From Azolla caroliniana (Eukaryota; Plantae; Polypodiophyta): 64,000 bases of DNA. The notes below the pieces were generated by a model that ran no database searches, had not been told where the DNA came from, and saw nothing but the letters and a program-made list of their open reading frames with translations. Of this stretch, positions 60,923-64,000 are shown in pieces. Within the stretch, counting starts at the first letter, position 1; each line of letters starts with the position of its first letter. Made by a program: the position numbers and the translations under genes. Location of the stretch: the NCBI GenBank assembly GCA_043228905.1, contig JBHGNT010000007.1, forward strand, positions 16,182,001 to 16,246,000. The letters are read 5' to 3'.

Positions 60923-63118
60923 GGGAAAAGTACCAGGATACCCCTGGAAGTTTGTCTATTTACTAGAATGCCCCTGGAAGTTCCAAATTTACCAAACTAC
61001 TCCTATGTCCAAAAAAATACACTGTATAAACTAATTATACATTGAACTCTACAAGCCCTATTTACCAGAATACCCTTCAAACACAAATTTCTTTTATTTA
61101 AAGGGATTCTTCCAAGCATATCCTTGTACTTTTCCCTAAATTATAATATTGGGAAGAAGTTTTTCATTTCCACATCATTAATAATACTCATAATAACACT
61201 AACTCTGCCTCATCTTCAGCTTGCTCTTCTCCTCATGTTATCAGGAAATATAATCAACCTTTAATCCACGTGAGTAACAACAATATTGACAATCTGGGTA
61301 GCTTTAATGGAAGCTTGAGTGTGAACTATGTTGCCATTGCACCGCCTCTGCTGCCACCAATGGTCCCCCCCACATGAGCAGTGATGTGAGCAACGCCGCC
61401 GCCTGGCAATGGATCCATGGTTGTCGCCATTCTAGCCCTTCCCACCAACACCACCACCACCATCATCTAAATCATGCTTCTGCCCGCCCTACACATCTTC
61501 ATCTCCTCCAATCGCTGCCGCCTAATGCTATGCTTAATCCCACTAGCCTTAACAAACCCTGCCATTGATTAGATTCCGTCTAATGAGGATGTGATCAGGC
61601 CGCCCTAGACCTTCGAGGTTGTCAACATCAACAGTACGACCAGTGATTCCTGCTTCAAATATGAAGCCATGGATCGAATGATCAGTAACACTACGAAGGT
61701 GCCGCCCTTAACTCAGAATTCTGCCAATCTCCGCCAAAATGAAGCTACAATTATTGATCAAGAAATCCCTCCCCACGATTAGCTACCATCACTCTTCGAC
61801 GAGCTGGACCTCTACAACCTCAAAGCTCGCATGGTGGAGGCAGATCTCCCTCGCCTATGCCCGCCGCCGCCTGTACATCTCGCCGCCTCTCGTGATCCCA
61901 TTCACAAACTACCTGATACTCCTAATGTGGCATCGATTGACGCCGTCCAAAAGATTCTTCGCCATTTCGCCGCCCCATTCAAATTAGGTCCAAGGCTAGG
62001 TCCTACAGGATCGAATTGTAATCCATGATCACAGAATGGATTAGGGATGCCCCGATCTACAGGGCGACGAAAACGTCTTGGTATTAGTAATTGTTCTCTT
62101 CCCCATCCTTCCCATCTCCATCGCCATCCCCATGCTTCCCTCTCTTCTCTGATGTTCCTTTCTTCTTCTCCCCCTGATCTTGATGGCGATGAGAGCGATC
62201 AAGTAACAACCTGCGGTGAGGCACAACATTGCGGCCGTTGCCCCTCCTGAAGCTATCAGAATTATGGTGAGCTTGCTCAAGTGGGCTCGCCTCTGCTTCT
62301 TCGCCTCCTTTGCTTCCGTCCTAGAGGGAGTAGAAGGAGAAGAAGGAACCATAACTGAAGATGATGAGTTGTTGTTGCATTGTGTTGCCGTTCCTTGCAA
62401 TGGCGTCCCAGACAAGTCTACGTTACCTAGGAAAGAAGAAGCAGAGAAAGCTCCGAGCGAAGGAGGGTTGCTACCACTGAGCCTGTTGAAAGATTATAGG
62501 AGCATTATGCTGGAGACGAATTCACCGACTCTGACCTGAACGATGAGGAACATTATGCAGAGGCAACATCAGTATTGGAGCTTGACTATGAAGATCATAG
62601 GAGCTCAAGGGGGATGAGCAGTGCGATTAGTCGAAGCTCTAACCAACCTATAGGCTGCATTCAGGCAGTGACTATGTTCATATGTCTCGAAGAAGACCCG
62701 ATCTTTTCTTCCATAGAACTACCTGCATAGATTAGTACACCAATGGCGATCTTGCATAACGTAACAATTTCTCACCCCAATCAAAATCTGTGCGCATAGA
62801 AATCGTTGCCATGGATCCTCAGATGTATAGAGAACGTGGACACGGAAGTACTGAGGGGTTAATTATGGAAGGAACGGATGATGATTATGATGAGTAGATG
62901 AGTTGCAAGAATAAGTACCAAGATACCCTCGAAGAATCCCTTTAAGTGAAGAAAATTGTGTTTAAAGGGTATTCTGGTAAATAGGGCTTGGAGAGTTTAG
63001 TGTATAATTACTTTGTGAAGTGTATTTTTTGGACATAGGGGTAGTTTGGTAAATTTGAAACATTCAGGGGTATTCTGGTAAATAGACAAACTTTCAGGGG
63101 TATCCTGGTACTTTTCCC
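60923..63118. mobile_element. Non-autonomous Mutator-like element with captured gene fragments (Pack-MULE)
   Basis: ~210-bp TIRs starting GGGAAAAGTACCAGGATACCCCTG. Perfect 9-bp TSD TTTTCTAAA (60914-60922 / 63119-63127). GC-richer interior without a transposase. Confidence 0.93.
62041..62520 (-). pseudogene. Captured LRR receptor-like kinase fragment (last LRR, cap, Ser/Pro linker, TM helix)
   Basis: SFNRLSGSNPPSLGAFSASSFLGNVDLSGTPL...HLSKLTIILIASGGATAAMLCL...IKIRGRRRK. Confidence 0.85.
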
Positions 63119-64000
63119 TTTTCTAAAAGACTCTCCATTCATTGGTTGTCAATATCGTGATAGTGCATGCATCTATCATTCCCTCTATCTAATCATATAT
63201 TAGTGAATATACACTTCACTTATGTTTTGTAAATAACCTAGCCTCCCCTATGTTATGCATGCATAACAAACATCTCCCTTAGATAAGTGTTAAACTAGAA
63301 GTGTTATTGTATGTGTTGTTTATTCATTTTCTTAATTACTTGTCAGGAATATACAATAGTGTATGGGTGTAGAATCTAGATGCACCTAGTTGACCATTTA
63401 ATGATCTCGGTCTGAACACCATTGATAGTGGCTAGAGTTGATCACCTCTCATTGACATCTATCATGATCTACTAACAATACATGTAGATCACAGAAACAT
63501 TCTCGTTGAATAGTGGATGAGTGAGATGGATGTAAATTGACGATGATGAGTCAACCTTAGCCCCACTCAAATGCCCCCCCCCCCCCCCCCCGACAATACT
63601 CGATCTCAAACCAAAGCTCAACTACCAACAATGTATGGAGTTCGTGTGGTTCACTTTTTGAAGCTATAGCGATTATCACATCATTCATTAATAATACTTG
63701 ATTTGATCATCTTGTTATATAATGTTTCAATTACTTCTCCAATTGAAAGATACAAGAGCAAAAAGCTTGGAGAACTCATTGGAGTTCATGTTTCCCTTGT
63801 CTTAAGAATGCATGGTTAAACATAGAGGTACTTAACACCCTAGGTTCATCAAAAAAATTGGTGGATATCTAAAACAGGCTAATCATGTAACACTACATGC
63901 TAATCTACCCCTCGTCTTTCCAACTCCTTGCCACCTTAGAGACGATATTTCATAACCATACAATATGTTTCATGATCATGAGGATGTAGATAAGCACACA

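Overview
Nuclear DNA of a land plant, probably non-seed (fern or lycophyte). This is inferred from a plastid 16S fragment, plant tRNA-Trp primer sites and Tcn1-type chromoviruses. Positions ~1-54,300 are a deeply nested LTR-retrotransposon cluster that can be resolved from LTR termini and target-site duplications (TSDs). It holds four groups. (i) A tRNA-Trp-primed, non-chromodomain Ty3/gypsy family with 4-bp TSDs: elements A1, A2, B, C, F and solo LTRs E, G. Its insertion sites all read N-C-G-N or the deaminated form, and it has a conserved -1 frameshift/pseudoknot signal placed AFTER the protease. (ii) Tcn1/Tf1-like chromoviruses with self-priming PBSs and tRNA-like A/B boxes in their LTRs. 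(iii) One apparently intact, very young Athila/Tat-like element (5741-15636) with a 1939-aa gag-pol and an extra 992-aa ORF. (iv) Copia remnants. One LTR carries a plastid 16S rRNA fragment. The last ~10 kb is AT-rich. It contains a three-exon thioredoxin-h-like gene with WSSPS in place of WCGPC and a Pack-MULE carrying an LRR receptor-kinase fragment. All calls were made by eye; no database searches were run.
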